A DNA stretch of 64,000 bases from Chamaesiphon sp. (GTDB lineage: Bacteria > Cyanobacteriota > Cyanobacteriia > Cyanobacteriales > Chamaesiphonaceae): contig CBDFFH010000042.1 in assembly GCA_965246715.1 (NCBI GenBank), positions 1 through 64,000 of the forward strand, given 5' to 3'. Within the stretch, counting starts at the first letter, position 1, and every line of letters begins with the position of its first letter. Both the position numbers and the translations under genes were made by a program. Below the pieces are notes generated by a model. The model was not told the origin of the DNA, searched no databases, and worked only from the letters and a program-made list of their open reading frames with translations. This document shows positions 52,538 through 63,882 of this stretch, piece after piece.

Positions 52538-52676
52538 GTAGGGGATAGGGAATAGCGATTCGCGATCGTCGGGGAACCCGACGGGAAAAGCGATCGAGAC
52601 GGAGAATAGGGAATAAGTATTTGCTAAACTCCCCAGCCACTAGCCACTAGCCACTAGCTACTAGCCACTAAGTTTC

Positions 52677-53354
52677 ATGAGCGAAAATTTACCCATCCTG
52701 TTAGTAGAAAACGACTTAGCCTTAGCCGAGAAAATAAGTCTCGATCTTGCCAAAGCTGGGTATCAAATCGCCATCGCAGATACTGCCAAGGCTGGATTGG
52801 AACAAGCACAAAAACTCCGTCCGGTCTTAATCGCGATCGATCGATCTTTGGCAGGAGACTCTGGACTGATGTTGGCAACTCAACTGCGAGAGTTGAGTTT
52901 CGTCGTCCCGATTTTATTATTGATGGCACATGATACCGTCATCGATCGGATCGCATGTCTTCAGTCTGGAGCCGATGACTATATCCTCAAACCCTATTAT
53001 GCGCCTAGTTTTTTACAAACGATCGGGCTGTATCTCCATTCAGATGCGAGTACAGGCGAGCAGTTGCGCTTTGGCGATCTGATCCTCGATCTCGTCTCTC
53101 ATCGCGTCCTGCGCGGCGAACAAACGATCGAATTGACTGTCAAAGAGTTCGAGCTACTCCGCTATCTGATGGCTCATCCTGAGACCGAACTTACCCGCGA
53201 ACAAATTCTGGAGAATGTCTGGGGCTATGATTTCCTCGGCGAATCAAATGTCATCGAAGTGTATGTTCGCTATCTCCGACTCAAGTTAGAAAAAGCGGGT
53301 GGAAAGCGGTTGATTCAAACCGTGCGCGGAGTTGGTTATGTGCTTAGAGACTAG
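52677..53354 (+). CDS. nblR: OmpR-family response regulator NblR
   Basis: Atypical REC domain (LLVEND, IDRSLAGDSGL, LLMAHD) plus OmpR wHTH (ESNVIEVYVRYLRLKLE); next to nadK. Confidence 0.82.
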   Translation: MSENLPILLVENDLALAEKISLDLAKAGYQIAIADTAKAGLEQAQKLRPVLIAIDRSLAGDSGLMLATQLRELSFVVPILLLMAHDTVIDRIACLQSGADDYILKPYYAPSFLQTIGLYLHSDASTGEQLRFGDLILDLVSHRVLRGEQTIELTVKEFELLRYLMAHPETELTREQILENVWGYDFLGESNVIEVYVRYLRLKLEKAGGKRLIQTVRGVGYVLRD

Positions 53355-53481
53355 TCGCTAGTCGCTGTTGAAGCATTTAATTCATGACAACTTTGGAAAC
53401 AAAATTCAATTGTTTTGCTTCTAGCTAAATTAGAAGATCGAACTATCCCCTATTTCCCAACCCATCATCCCTAAAGCAGTC

Positions 53482-54051
53482 GTGAAGCAACAATATCTGA
53501 GATTTGGCATAACTTGTGGGATTGTCGGAATTTTATTATTGGGTAGTTCGCAGTCAGTTCGATCTTTACCACCGCTTCAGATGACCAAACCATTAGTCCA
53601 ATCACCAGCCATTACATCCACTGTAAGGGGTCAAAAATTGCCTGTGAGTGCCACAGTCTCGATCGGCAAACAAACTATTATGTTAGAAGTAGCGCGCACT
53701 TCCCAGGAGCAATCTATGGGGTTGATGTATCGGACTGAATTGCCACCAGATCGAGGGATGTTGTTTGTGTTTAACCCACCGCGTCCGGTGAAATTCTGGA
53801 TGAAGAATACTCTAATTCCACTAGATATGTTGTTTGTGTCTAATGGGGTAGTCAAATACATCGGTGCCGACATTCCCCCCTGTAAGGTGGCTGATTGCCC
53901 CAGCTATGGCCCCGCAATAAATGTAGCTATAGATGGGGTGATCGAACTACGTGGCGGTAGCGCTGCAGCCCTTAAAATCAAAGTCGGCGATCTCCTGAGA
54001 ATCAACGATATTCAGCCAAAAGGCTTAAATCGGGATCGCTCTAGCAAATAA
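53482..54051 (+). CDS. DUF192 family protein
   Basis: LEVART..QSMGLMYR, GMLFVF, FWMKNTLIPLDMLF. Confidence 0.9.
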   Translation: MKQQYLRFGITCGIVGILLLGSSQSVRSLPPLQMTKPLVQSPAITSTVRGQKLPVSATVSIGKQTIMLEVARTSQEQSMGLMYRTELPPDRGMLFVFNPPRPVKFWMKNTLIPLDMLFVSNGVVKYIGADIPPCKVADCPSYGPAINVAIDGVIELRGGSAAALKIKVGDLLRINDIQPKGLNRDRSSK

Positions 54052-54522
54052 TGTCAGTAACGGTGATATAATTCACCGTTAATAAGAATACCAAAATACA
54101 CTTACACTTTTAGTTCGGGTTTAACAAAATTACCGTGTTACTACGGAGTTAAAATCGCGAAGGACAGGGTTAAATGATTGTTACTGCCGCTCGAATATTA
54201 TCTCGTTTGGTAATGTAGTCGGTCGCCCCGGTCTCAGTAAAACACCCAAGTTTATACTACTTATCGCAATCCGAATCGATCGGAGCGAGTCGAAGCTAAA
54301 TCTTAGAGCCACTACACTGGTTGTTGTCTAGAAAATAGCGATCGCCAATAGCGCAAACTAACTTTAAATTTGAATCTATCTGTAATTTGGATCGATACTG
54401 GTGAAGATCTAAATTAACTTCCCCCAACACCAATGTTCGACGATCTGAAAGTTGGCATGGGGCGGATCGTCATCTTTTTTAAATAAATACTTTTTTAATA
54501 CTTAGCCGGAGGTACGGCAATA

Positions 54523-54714
54523 ATGGCATCTACTCACTTCACAAAATTAATCAGATTTTTACAAGACGATTTAGCGATATCTGCTTCATCAATGGCAATC
54601 GCGCTCAAACAAGTAGAGCACAATCCTGGCCCCTTGCCGATGATCTTATGGCAATACGGACTAGTGACGATCGAACAACTCGATCGCATCTATGATTGGA
54701 TGGACGCTACCTAG
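54523..54714 (+). CDS. DUF2949 family protein
   Basis: FLQDDLAIS, PLPMILWQYGLVTIEQLDRIYDW; GGAGG RBS. Confidence 0.88.
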   Translation: MASTHFTKLIRFLQDDLAISASSMAIALKQVEHNPGPLPMILWQYGLVTIEQLDRIYDWMDAT

Positions 54715-54784
54715 ACTCATCCAAAATGGATGAATTGTGTCAGCTACCGCACCAATTGCCCAGAGACTTACAAGCGATACTCAT

Positions 54785-54835
54785 AAAACCAACAAAGAAG
54801 CTCCCAAATAATTTGGGAGCTTCTTTGTTGGTTTT
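54785..54835. terminator. Perfect 25-bp inverted repeat, bidirectional terminator
   Basis: AAAACCAACAAAGAAGCTCCCAAAT-A-ATTTGGGAGCTTCTTTGTTGGTTTT between convergent genes. Confidence 0.75.
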
Positions 54836-54891
54836 TAAAAATCGATCGACATCAAAAGTGCATCAGGAATCACAATTTAGCGATCGCGACT

Positions 54892-55632
54892 CTATTCAAG
54901 CAACCGAGGCAACAGCGGCAGATTTACATAAGTATCACCTTGGGTATCGCCGCGCAGAATTTGACAGGGACGATCTGGTTCGCCGAGATCGGATAAGACT
55001 AGCTTGGCACGCTCGAAATTATGATTTCGAGTATAGTCATTAATCGTGACGATCGTGACGATACCTGCATCCATCGCCGAAATTAGCCCATTTTCTGAGT
55101 CTTCAAACGCCAGACAATCCTCGGCAGGTAACTTCATCTGCGCTAGCACGTAGTCATAGATATCTGAGGCAGGTTTCTTTTTGGGGACGATATCGCCAGC
55201 AGCAATCACCTCAAACCAGTCAGCATCGATATTGCCCTTCAACAGCGCGAACACATTTGCTGGAGTGGTAGTCGTCGAGATTGCCAGTCGGAGATTAGCA
55301 TCTTTGGCAGCAGTCAGGAGCCGTTTGACTCCAGGACGCAGCGGAATTCCCCCTCGCTCCAATAATTGAGCGTAATATTGGTTTTTGGCTTGATGCAAAT
55401 CGGCAATGAGCGAATCATTCATGCGGACATCCGGACGGTAGGTATCGAGATAAAATCGCATCCGCTCTTTACCACCAGTCACAGCCAATAGCCTGCCGTA
55501 TAATTCTACCGACCAGTCCCAGTCGAGTCCAGCATGTGCAAAGGCTTGATTGAAGGCCACCCGGTGCCCATCGCGTTCGGTATCGGCTAAAGTACCATCG
55601 ACATCAAAAATTAGTGCTTTAAGCGTGCCCAT
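54892..55632 (-). CDS. cbbY: CbbY-like HAD hydrolase
   Basis: FDVDGTLADTERDGHRVAFN, VTGGKER, KKPASDIY, FEDS. Confidence 0.85.
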   Translation of the reverse strand: MGTLKALIFDVDGTLADTERDGHRVAFNQAFAHAGLDWDWSVELYGRLLAVTGGKERMRFYLDTYRPDVRMNDSLIADLHQAKNQYYAQLLERGGIPLRPGVKRLLTAAKDANLRLAISTTTTPANVFALLKGNIDADWFEVIAAGDIVPKKKPASDIYDYVLAQMKLPAEDCLAFEDSENGLISAMDAGIVTIVTINDYTRNHNFERAKLVLSDLGEPDRPCQILRGDTQGDTYVNLPLLPRLLE

Positions 55633-55800
55633 CCCTATGACTTTCCTATTTCACGAACGAATCTACCGTATTAGCGATCCTAGCACTCTCGATCGCCCAA
55701 GTTGTTGTTTCCATGTCTCAACTTCCCGCATACCGACTAAAATTTATTACATGACAGCGATGACCGATCTACATAGCAAGCCGTTCTGGAGAAACAAATA

Positions 55801-56496
55801 GTGCCGACAATCGACCATACCGAGAAGCACTTTACTGCTTCAGAAACCGTCCGCGATCTCGTCATTGGCATGTCCGATGGATTGACGGTACCATTTGCAC
55901 TAGCAGCTGGTTTGTCGGGGGCGGTTAGCTCGACACATATCATTGTCACTGCCGGATTGGCCGAAATTGCGGCTGGATCGATCGCGATGGGCTTGGGTGG
56001 TTATCTGGCGGCGCGGACGGATTCAGAACATTATGCTAGCGAACGCAAGCGCGAACTCAGAGAAATTCGCGATATTCCCCAGGAGGAAGAGCAAGAGGTC
56101 GCTGAGATTTTTCAAGGCTATGGAATTGGGGAAGCTGAAATTGCGGCAATTACGGCGAGATTGCGCGAAGATCCACTCAAGTGGGTAGATTTTATGATGC
56201 GATTTGAGTTGGGTTTAGAAGCCCCAGATCCGGCTCGTGCGCTATATAGTGCGCTCACGATCGCTGGATCGTATATCGGCGGGGGGTTAGTTCCACTGCT
56301 GCCATATATCCTCATTAATAACTCAGTAATCGCCCTCAAAGTATCGGCGATTTTTACGTTAATTGCTTTATTTGGATTTGGGTATGTCAAGGGCAATTTT
56401 ACAGGTGCTAAACCGTTAAGCTCGGCAATTCAAACTGCTCTCATTGGTGGATTGGCGGCTACTGCTGCTTTTGCGATCGCCCAAATATTTCATTAA
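55801..56496 (+). CDS. VIT1/CCC1 family Fe/Mn transporter
   Basis: RDLVIGMSDGLTVPFALAAG, AGSIAMGLGGYLA, FMMRFELGL. Confidence 0.93.
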   Translation: MPTIDHTEKHFTASETVRDLVIGMSDGLTVPFALAAGLSGAVSSTHIIVTAGLAEIAAGSIAMGLGGYLAARTDSEHYASERKRELREIRDIPQEEEQEVAEIFQGYGIGEAEIAAITARLREDPLKWVDFMMRFELGLEAPDPARALYSALTIAGSYIGGGLVPLLPYILINNSVIALKVSAIFTLIALFGFGYVKGNFTGAKPLSSAIQTALIGGLAATAAFAIAQIFH

Positions 56497-56545
56497 GCCA
56501 ATCTTGACAGCCTGACATCGATCGTTAGATTCAATTTGATAATTC

Positions 56546-57139
56546 TCAATCTAGAAAAGTAGTTAATTCTGCTAACTGTGTCACGCAGCAATCCGTATGT
56601 TCGGGCCACTCAAAATTGCCGGTCACATCTAAATGCACCGTGGCCGTGCCCGCATTGCGACCTGCTAAGAGATCGAAGACATAATCACCCACCATTACAC
56701 CTCGATCGGGTGTTGCTTCCCACCGTTGCAACAGCTGCGAAATCCCATCGGGCTTGGGCTTCGGGGCGCAGCAGTCGCGGCTGAGAATGGCATCTGGTTC
56801 AAAGAATTCCAACAGTCCGCAGGCGGCGAGCGTTTGATGGGCGATCGATTTGCTATTGCGGGTGAGAATGCCAAGGCGATGGTCATGCACCGATCGCAAT
56901 CGTTCGAGTAGTTCGCCTGCGCCAGGTTGAGCTTGAGTGGTGTGGGCGATTTCCAGCTCATAGAGTTTTGCCCAGCGGGGCTGGGCTTCGGCTGCGGGAA
57001 GTCGATCGAGCGCCTCCAGAATCGGCTGTCCGCTGGGTAAATCCAGTGCCGCTCGAATCGCTTCAAAATCATGGTTGGCAAGTGTCAAAGTGCCATCCAT
57101 ATCAAAAATCCAGCAGTCGCGATCGGTTAACTTTAGCAT
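56546..57139 (-). CDS. HAD family hydrolase
   Basis: FDMDGTL, LTRN, PKPKPDG, MVGDYVFD. Confidence 0.9.
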   Translation of the reverse strand: MLKLTDRDCWIFDMDGTLTLANHDFEAIRAALDLPSGQPILEALDRLPAAEAQPRWAKLYELEIAHTTQAQPGAGELLERLRSVHDHRLGILTRNSKSIAHQTLAACGLLEFFEPDAILSRDCCAPKPKPDGISQLLQRWEATPDRGVMVGDYVFDLLAGRNAGTATVHLDVTGNFEWPEHTDCCVTQLAELTTFLD

Positions 57140-57150
57140 TATTTAGTTCG

Positions 57151-57975
57151 TTAGAACCCGTAAGAAATCCCAACCGATAGAACGGGATAAATATTAAATC
57201 CTTTCAAGTCACTTTCGGTTTGACGAACTTGATTGTCGATCGCGTTGCGAGTCGTGGGATTGTTATTAAAAGCTGGATTGCTAGCATTAAGCGTTACTTT
57301 AGGGGCACCAGTAAACATCACGCCTAAATCGGCATTGAAACCAAAACCTTCATTGCTAGCATGACCCAATCCGATTCCTAGATAAGGAGCGATCGTATTG
57401 GCATATTTAAACTCACCAGTGAGGTTGCCGACTTGACTAGCACTGTAAGACTGATTATCGATCGTGTAGCTGCCATTACCGCTAGGTTTACCAGTCACTG
57501 AGAATCGATTATTTTGTGCTACCAAACCACCAGTCACCCGGAAGCTGCTACCACCCAAGAGATAGTAGTCACCAAATAACTGAACGCTGCTGAGGTTTAA
57601 TTGGGAGTCGTAATTGATGCCGCTGTCACTACGATTAAAACCGACATTCCCAAAGTTAAATCCCAAGCGAGCATCGAATTGCGGCGAGAGAGATTTGGCA
57701 ACATCTACACCAATACCTAGTGTCCCAACTCGTGCGGTGACACCAACACCTAATGGTTGTCTGGATTCGGTTGGATTGCTCTGTTGGACGGCAATGCGTG
57801 TTTTGGTGCCGTTAGGAATAATTGGTTGAAGACCGATATTCAAGCCTCCAGGCTTAGGTAGTGCGTCTTGCATAGCAACTACTTCCCTAGCTGTGACTGG
57901 ATTCATGCCAAGTGCGTCGATCGCGATAATGCCGCTCGCAATTGCGAGCGAACGGTAGCGACTTAGATAAGACAT
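57151..57975 (-). CDS. Putative outer-membrane beta-barrel protein
   Basis: Signal peptide, GTLGIG, amphipathic strands, APYLGIG, C-terminal YPVLSVGISYGF. Confidence 0.8.
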   Translation of the reverse strand: MSYLSRYRSLAIASGIIAIDALGMNPVTAREVVAMQDALPKPGGLNIGLQPIIPNGTKTRIAVQQSNPTESRQPLGVGVTARVGTLGIGVDVAKSLSPQFDARLGFNFGNVGFNRSDSGINYDSQLNLSSVQLFGDYYLLGGSSFRVTGGLVAQNNRFSVTGKPSGNGSYTIDNQSYSASQVGNLTGEFKYANTIAPYLGIGLGHASNEGFGFNADLGVMFTGAPKVTLNASNPAFNNNPTTRNAIDNQVRQTESDLKGFNIYPVLSVGISYGF

Positions 57976-58132
57976 CGTATTACCTCCATTGGTTACATAC
58001 CCGATCGAGTTGGGTAAGATACTTTACGTAACGATTATTATTGTTAGTAATATACTACCCATATCTTCGATCGATCTTCATATTTGACTCGAAATTAACC
58101 GCGTAGTGGGGATCTCCAGATGACAACGCTCC

Positions 58133-59308
58133 CTAGGCAAACTTAATTTTGAGATAATCCTCATCCATTTTTGCCCCAGTCGGTTGGAGCGCCGCCAAAG
58201 CCTGCGGTAGTACCATATTGCGACGGTGATTGCCGATCCGCACGTTGAGTTCGTCACCAGTTTTATTGAGTTGAATCTGGTCTTTGGCGATCCCTGGTAA
58301 ATACAATTCTAGACTGTATTGGTTGCTGGCTTCTTGGACGACACGCATCGTGGTCTCTTTGTAGTAAACCTGACTGGGATCTTCATCGCCGTAGAGAGTT
58401 TCCTTCAGTCGCTCCAGTGCTTCGAGTCCACACAGTTCCTCGGCGTATAATGGCACCTCTTTAACAGGTAGTGGATGAAAATCCTCATGAATTTCCTTGC
58501 GATATTTCTCCTGATTTTCCTTCCATTTTTTGAAGAAAGGATCGGTGACTTCGGCAGGAATGATCCGATTGGCGATAATCAGATCGGTGGAAACGTTATA
58601 CAAACTTAAGTAAGCATGAGCGCGCAGCGACTCTTTTAAGACCATCTTTTCTGGATTAGTCACCAGGCGTACTGATGATACGGTGTTATCCATCAAGATT
58701 TTCTGCAATGCTTCGATTTGCTCGTAAAATTCATAAGGTGCGTCCATCACCTCCTTATTGGGTAACGAGAAACCAGCGATCGGCCGGAAAAATGGCTCTA
58801 CTAGCGGTCTGAGTGCGACCGACACAGCTTGCAATGGTTTGTAAAAACGGCGCATATACCAGCCACCAACTTCAGGTAAGCTCAGCAACCTCAGTGCGGT
58901 TCCCGTCGGCGCGGAATCGATAATCAGTACGTCATAAATCCCTTCATCGTAGTGGCGTTTCATCCGTACTAGTCCGAAAATCTCATCCATCCCTGGTAGA
59001 ATTGCGAGTTCCTCAGCTTGTACACCTTCCAAGCCTCTCGCTTGCAATACTTGAGTGATATAGCGTTTGACTGCGCCCCAATTACCTTCTAGTTCCATCA
59101 GTGCATCGAGTTCGGCTCCCCAGAGATTGGGACGGACTTCGCGCGGTTCGTGTCCCATTTCCATGTCGAAGCTATCTGCAAGGGAGTGAGCGGGATCGGT
59201 ACTCAGCACGAGGGTGCGATAGCCGAGTTCGGCGCACCGCAATCCAGTTGCAGCGGCGACTGAGGTTTTACCTACTCCACCTTTACCAGTCATCAATATT
59301 AAACGCAT
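58133..59308 (-). CDS. arsA: ArsA/GET3/TRC40 family ATPase (cyanobacterial type with HSP20-like C-terminus)
   Basis: [31 protein letters not shown]. Confidence 0.9.
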   Translation of the reverse strand: MRLILMTGKGGVGKTSVAAATGLRCAELGYRTLVLSTDPAHSLADSFDMEMGHEPREVRPNLWGAELDALMELEGNWGAVKRYITQVLQARGLEGVQAEELAILPGMDEIFGLVRMKRHYDEGIYDVLIIDSAPTGTALRLLSLPEVGGWYMRRFYKPLQAVSVALRPLVEPFFRPIAGFSLPNKEVMDAPYEFYEQIEALQKILMDNTVSSVRLVTNPEKMVLKESLRAHAYLSLYNVSTDLIIANRIIPAEVTDPFFKKWKENQEKYRKEIHEDFHPLPVKEVPLYAEELCGLEALERLKETLYGDEDPSQVYYKETTMRVVQEASNQYSLELYLPGIAKDQIQLNKTGDELNVRIGNHRRNMVLPQALAALQPTGAKMDEDYLKIKFA

Positions 59309-59415
59309 ATGCTCTTGCTTTGTCTGAGGGATCGCTATGTGTTCGATCTTAGCGGTTTTTCTTCTAGCAGGCTATTAGTGGGGATCGCTACTTCCGGGTT
59401 GTCAGAAATTAGCAG

Positions 59416-60108
59416 CTAGATCGAGTCACAATGCCAATCTAATCCTGGAGGTAAGCTACAACCAGCATATTCAAGATGAATGACACGACGATGACTGGGC
59501 ACGATCGCGATCGATGAGGCGTGTAATAATAATGGGCGCATCAGCAGAATACCGCCAGCTTCGCAGGTGCAAACCGTCGAGGTATTTAGTTGTTTCCAGC
59601 GATCGATCTCTAGCTGGGTCAACTTACCATGACAATGAGAAGCAGGAATTACTTTCAGCGCACCATTCGATCGATCGGTACGATCGAGATGGATTCGCAC
59701 GGTCAACATTTGCGCTAAAATCGCCACGGGTGGTCGAACGTGCGGAATCCCCCCTTTGAGCGACCAAGGATGATAATCGGCTAGTTCTAGGCGATTTTTA
59801 ACTGCAATAGTGAGATCTTGATGCCAGGGTACTTTCCAATTTGCACTCGGCTGTTTGTCGAAAAATATCCCCCGCACGAGTCGGACGGTATCGCCTAAAA
59901 TTGGCTCGACTAACGCGTGAATTTCCCGACTGTGAGCCAGTAATTTGACACGAGGTGACAACTCTAAGATATTTCTAATGCCCGCGCGTTCTGGGGTAAG
60001 TTCGAGGGCTACGATCTCGTCAATTAGTGAGTCGATCGGGTCAGGATCTAAATATCGATCGACGATCGCAAATCCAAATCGATCGATTTCGGTGGCAAGA
60101 TGATTCAT
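59416..60108 (-). CDS. Phytanoyl-CoA dioxygenase (PhyH)-family 2OG-Fe(II) oxygenase
   Basis: FFDK...WHQD, RIHLD, NGALKVIPASH, LLHAS, RRVIHLEY; start at ATG 60108 overlaps the upstream stop (ATGA). Confidence 0.88.
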   Translation of the reverse strand: MNHLATEIDRFGFAIVDRYLDPDPIDSLIDEIVALELTPERAGIRNILELSPRVKLLAHSREIHALVEPILGDTVRLVRGIFFDKQPSANWKVPWHQDLTIAVKNRLELADYHPWSLKGGIPHVRPPVAILAQMLTVRIHLDRTDRSNGALKVIPASHCHGKLTQLEIDRWKQLNTSTVCTCEAGGILLMRPLLLHASSIAIVPSHRRVIHLEYAGCSLPPGLDWHCDSI

Positions 60109-61133
60109 GGTAGCTGCACCCGATCGATCGAAATCTCCAAATCTCGCATCACCTGCAACCATTGAGCGGGAGTGCGTAAAACTTGGGGTAATATTTCGGT
60201 GGTTAGATTACCAGTATTCGCATTAAATAACAGGGTGGCATAAGAATAGGATTTTGCCTGTTTTTTGAAGTTTTCCGCGCCATGCAGCTCGATGAGATCT
60301 GCTAATTTGACGTTTATTCGCTCGATCGCACTTGGAGCGAGCGCGAATAAATCCGCCACCCAGCATTCTTTCTGGGCAATGAGCTTGCGTAATTCTGGAT
60401 TGGGAGAGTCGCGGAATTCGTCACAAATCGCGCGGATTTTTTCCCACTTAAATGTCTCCCAGGGTTTTGCCTGCATCACGGGGACTTGCCATTTTCCTAT
60501 TTCTGCTTGCCAATAATCTTTAGTTGCGGGCACTTGGACGATTTCAAAGTCGGGTAATATTAACGCCGTCAAGCGTCCGCCATGACAGGCTCCAGTATCG
60601 ATACCATAAACTTGACGCTCTCTAATTAATGGGGTATCGCCAACGACATGATGACCGAAGATAACTGGTTTATCGCCCGTATAGAGGTCGCTCCAGTAAG
60701 TATCGTGGTACTGCTTGCTCAGATACTTTTCCCCAGCCGTGCAACCGCAAAGTACCTCTTCTTTTTGTGCGGCGATGGGGATACCATTTTCGACAGCCGC
60801 ATGAACGAAAATTGCGGTTTCAGTCTCGTAATAGTAAGGAAGATCTTTCACCCAAGTTAGAAACTCATCATACCGATCGCCAAACTGTAATTTAACGATT
60901 TCTTGACTGTAGGAAAGCGTTCCGCGTAGATGTTTGCGTTCGTGATTGCCCATGAGGACGATCGTATTGGGACGACTTCGGAGCAGATCGTACACCTTCA
61001 CTGAGTCAGCACCGCGATCGACAATATCACCCAACGAGACGACCAAATCTCGAGCGGTCAGATTGACTTGCAAGAACAACTCTAACAGTTCCGCGTAACA
61101 CCCGTGAATATCACCAATGACAATCGTTCGCAT
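60105..61133 (-). CDS. Calcineurin-like metallophosphoesterase with C-terminal extension
   Basis: GDIHG, GDIVDRG, GNHE, FGH, GIDTGACHGG. Confidence 0.9.
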   Translation of the reverse strand: MRTIVIGDIHGCYAELLELFLQVNLTARDLVVSLGDIVDRGADSVKVYDLLRSRPNTIVLMGNHERKHLRGTLSYSQEIVKLQFGDRYDEFLTWVKDLPYYYETETAIFVHAAVENGIPIAAQKEEVLCGCTAGEKYLSKQYHDTYWSDLYTGDKPVIFGHHVVGDTPLIRERQVYGIDTGACHGGRLTALILPDFEIVQVPATKDYWQAEIGKWQVPVMQAKPWETFKWEKIRAICDEFRDSPNPELRKLIAQKECWVADLFALAPSAIERINVKLADLIELHGAENFKKQAKSYSYATLLFNANTGNLTTEILPQVLRTPAQWLQVMRDLEISIDRVQLP

Positions 61134-61321
61134 CTAAATACCCATTATCACTTTGCCACAACCGATGCTAAACCACCGCTAAGATAAATATACCCAATCC
61201 CACGCGCATAGCCTCACACCCCCAAGATCGCTAATTATGCCCGATCGATTGCAGCGATGCCGCGAACAATGGGGTATTTTAATAGAGACGAGTTTAGTTT
61301 CTTGCAGTAGTAGTTTTATTT

Positions 61322-62677
61322 ATGGTAGCAGTAGCAATTCTGGCGGCGGGCAAAGGCACGCGGATGAAATCCGACTTACCCAAAGTATTACACTTGCTGG
61401 GAGGAAGATCGTTAGTCGAACGGGTGCTGATTGGTTGTGCGGAGCTTCAGCCGGAGCGCCAATTAGCGATCGTGGGCTATCAAGGAGATCGAGTCAAAGA
61501 GGCGATGCTCCATTATCCCGATTTAGAGTTTGTCGAGCAAGCGCAACAACTGGGGACGGGACATGCCGTGCAACAACTATTACCCTACCTAGCTGATTTT
61601 ACTGGCGATTTATTAGTGCTAAATGGTGATGTGCCCCTATTGCGTCCAGAAACGCTCAAAGCCCTCTTACAGACGCATCAGCAACATCAAAATGCCGCAA
61701 CGATCTTAACCGCTCAACTTGCCAATCCACAAGGCTACGGACGGGTATTTTGCGATAGCAACGATCTGCTCAAGGAGATCGTCGAGGACAAAGATTGTAC
61801 CGACGCACAACGCCAAAATCGGCGCGTGAATGCCGGAATTTATTGCTTCAACTGGCAGAAACTCCAAGAAGTTTTGCCTAAATTACAAAGCAATAATAAG
61901 CAGCAAGAGTATTACATCACTGATGCGGTAAATTTCCTCTCGCCAGTGATGGTTTATGACGTACCCGATCCCCAAGAGATTTTGGGCATCAACGATCGCC
62001 GTCAATTAGCTACTGCTTATCAGATCCTGCAATCGCGGATCAAAGATAATTGGATGGCTGCGGGGGTGACGATTATCGATCCGGATAGCGTGACGATCGA
62101 CGATACCGTGATCATCGGTGTCGATGCGATTATCGAACCCCAGACTCATTTGCGCGGTGAGACGAAGATCGGCTCGCAGAGTCGAATCGGCCCAGGAAGC
62201 CTAATCGAGAATAGTATTATCGGCGAGAATGTCACAGCGATGTATTCAGTAATTATCGACAGTTCGATCGGCAAAAATGCCACAGTCGGGCCATTCGCCA
62301 ATATCCGTCAACAAGTAGAAGTGGGTGAATCCTGTCGTGTGGGCAACTTTGTCGAGTTGAAGAAAAGTACGCTCGGCGCGAATACTAACGTCGCGCATCT
62401 CTCCTATATCGGGAATGCGATCGTCGGCGAACAAGTGAATATCGGTGCGGGGACGATTACGGTTAACTATGACGGCAAACATAAACATCAAACCACGATC
62501 GGCAGTTTTACGCGGATCGGTTCGAATAACACGTTGATCGCCCCACTGACGATCGGTGCCAACGTAACGACCGCCGGAGGTTCTACAATTAACCGCGATG
62601 TGCCTGATGACTGTCTGGCGATCGCCCGATCGCAGCAGACAATCAAACCGGGCTGGCGACCCAAATGGCACCAATAA
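61322..62677 (+). CDS. glmU: Bifunctional UDP-GlcNAc pyrophosphorylase/glucosamine-1-P acetyltransferase
   Basis: [18 protein letters not shown], hexapeptide repeats, GNFVELK, NYDG. Confidence 0.97.
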   Translation: MVAVAILAAGKGTRMKSDLPKVLHLLGGRSLVERVLIGCAELQPERQLAIVGYQGDRVKEAMLHYPDLEFVEQAQQLGTGHAVQQLLPYLADFTGDLLVLNGDVPLLRPETLKALLQTHQQHQNAATILTAQLANPQGYGRVFCDSNDLLKEIVEDKDCTDAQRQNRRVNAGIYCFNWQKLQEVLPKLQSNNKQQEYYITDAVNFLSPVMVYDVPDPQEILGINDRRQLATAYQILQSRIKDNWMAAGVTIIDPDSVTIDDTVIIGVDAIIEPQTHLRGETKIGSQSRIGPGSLIENSIIGENVTAMYSVIIDSSIGKNATVGPFANIRQQVEVGESCRVGNFVELKKSTLGANTNVAHLSYIGNAIVGEQVNIGAGTITVNYDGKHKHQTTIGSFTRIGSNNTLIAPLTIGANVTTAGGSTINRDVPDDCLAIARSQQTIKPGWRPKWHQ

Positions 62678-62775
62678 TCGCAATTAGCTAGAGATTTGCT
62701 ATTTTGTCAGCAGACAATCGAACCAGGCTGGCGACCCACCTGGTGCCATCAATAGCGATTAGCTAGAGATTTGCT
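62633..62775 (+). repeat. Imperfect 68-bp direct duplication of the glmU 3' end
   Basis: 62633-62700 and 62708-62775 both read CAGCAGACAATC.AACC.GGCTGGCGACCCA...ATTAGCTAGAGATTTGCT. Confidence 0.85.
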
Positions 62776-62929
62776 GTAAGTAGTGAGGTGGTTGGTAAGC
62801 TTATCGCGTCGATCGTCACACTATCAGCAATTTATTAGTAAAACGTGCTACGATTTGACCCGGCTGTCTCCCATAATTTGACTGTTTAGAGATGCGATCG
62901 CGTGGAGTCTTTTGATATGTATAAGCTGG

Positions 62930-63226
62930 TTAAAGATCTGGAGCAACAATCGCACCGATCGTCTGGGTCAAAAAATTAGCACCAGTCAAACACCAAAACC
63001 ACAGCGCACACAAGAAAATTTTACTTACTGTAATTATTAGCGGTGATGCTGGTAGCAGTGCGATCTCTGCCTCACCGCCGTCGATCGACGAGCTACTCGC
63101 GAACGGCAAAAAAACTTGTGGAACAAGATCGCGCTTCAAATCCGAACCACCAAAACTATTGCCAGTGGGCAATAGCTTTGGACTCATGGTGACAGGTGAC
63201 AATTTAGAATGACGTTGCTGTAACAT
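62930..63226 (-). CDS. Hypothetical small protein with C-terminal hydrophobic segment
   Basis: 98-aa ATG ORF; no family recognised. Confidence 0.35.
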   Translation of the reverse strand: MLQQRHSKLSPVTMSPKLLPTGNSFGGSDLKRDLVPQVFLPFASSSSIDGGEAEIALLPASPLIITVSKIFLCALWFWCLTGANFLTQTIGAIVAPDL

Positions 63227-63882
63227 AGGTGATTAACGACGATCGACAATAAATCAGGGCAGTATATTTGAAAAATCGCGTGCGGCTTTAATGCTTGGGA
63301 AGTATTTTAAATTGGCTCCTCGGAGTAAAGGTTCGAGCGAATTCAAATCTAACTCGCTAGTATATTAGATCGCTCGATAATTTAAATTTTCACTCGATTG
63401 AAAGTTCACTGTTCGCCTAACTACATATTTAAAAAGACGAAGATCGCACTTGGGAGAAGTTTGGTCTCTAATCAGATTTAGTTTAATCTAAACTGTCACA
63501 AAATCGATCCGAGAATCTCCCGATCTATCGAAATCGATCTCAGCTGTGGCTAAGTATTTACACTTAATTAAGTATAAATATTAACTCGATCTCGATCGAG
63601 TCAATTGAATGCGATCGCGAGTAGCCAACGCTGAAGTCAGACGCTGCTGGTTGTTATTCATCGCTATGGTGAATTCGTACTATTATCTAGAATTCCACAA
63701 TACTTGTGATGAATATTAACCAAGCGTCAAGCGTTAAGAAATTTGCACGATTGTCTCGATCTGTAAGGCGATCGAAACAATCGGGTGTAACAGATCGCAG
63801 ATAATATTATCGGAGCGCGGCAGAAGTTGCAACGATTTACAGCACAGTCAGCTTTAGCTCCAAAATCTCTACCCCAAACCCA

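Noticed and set aside
58133..59308. Arsenic resistance operon
   Set aside because: No arsB/C/R nearby; this is the widespread cyanobacterial GET3-like ATPase
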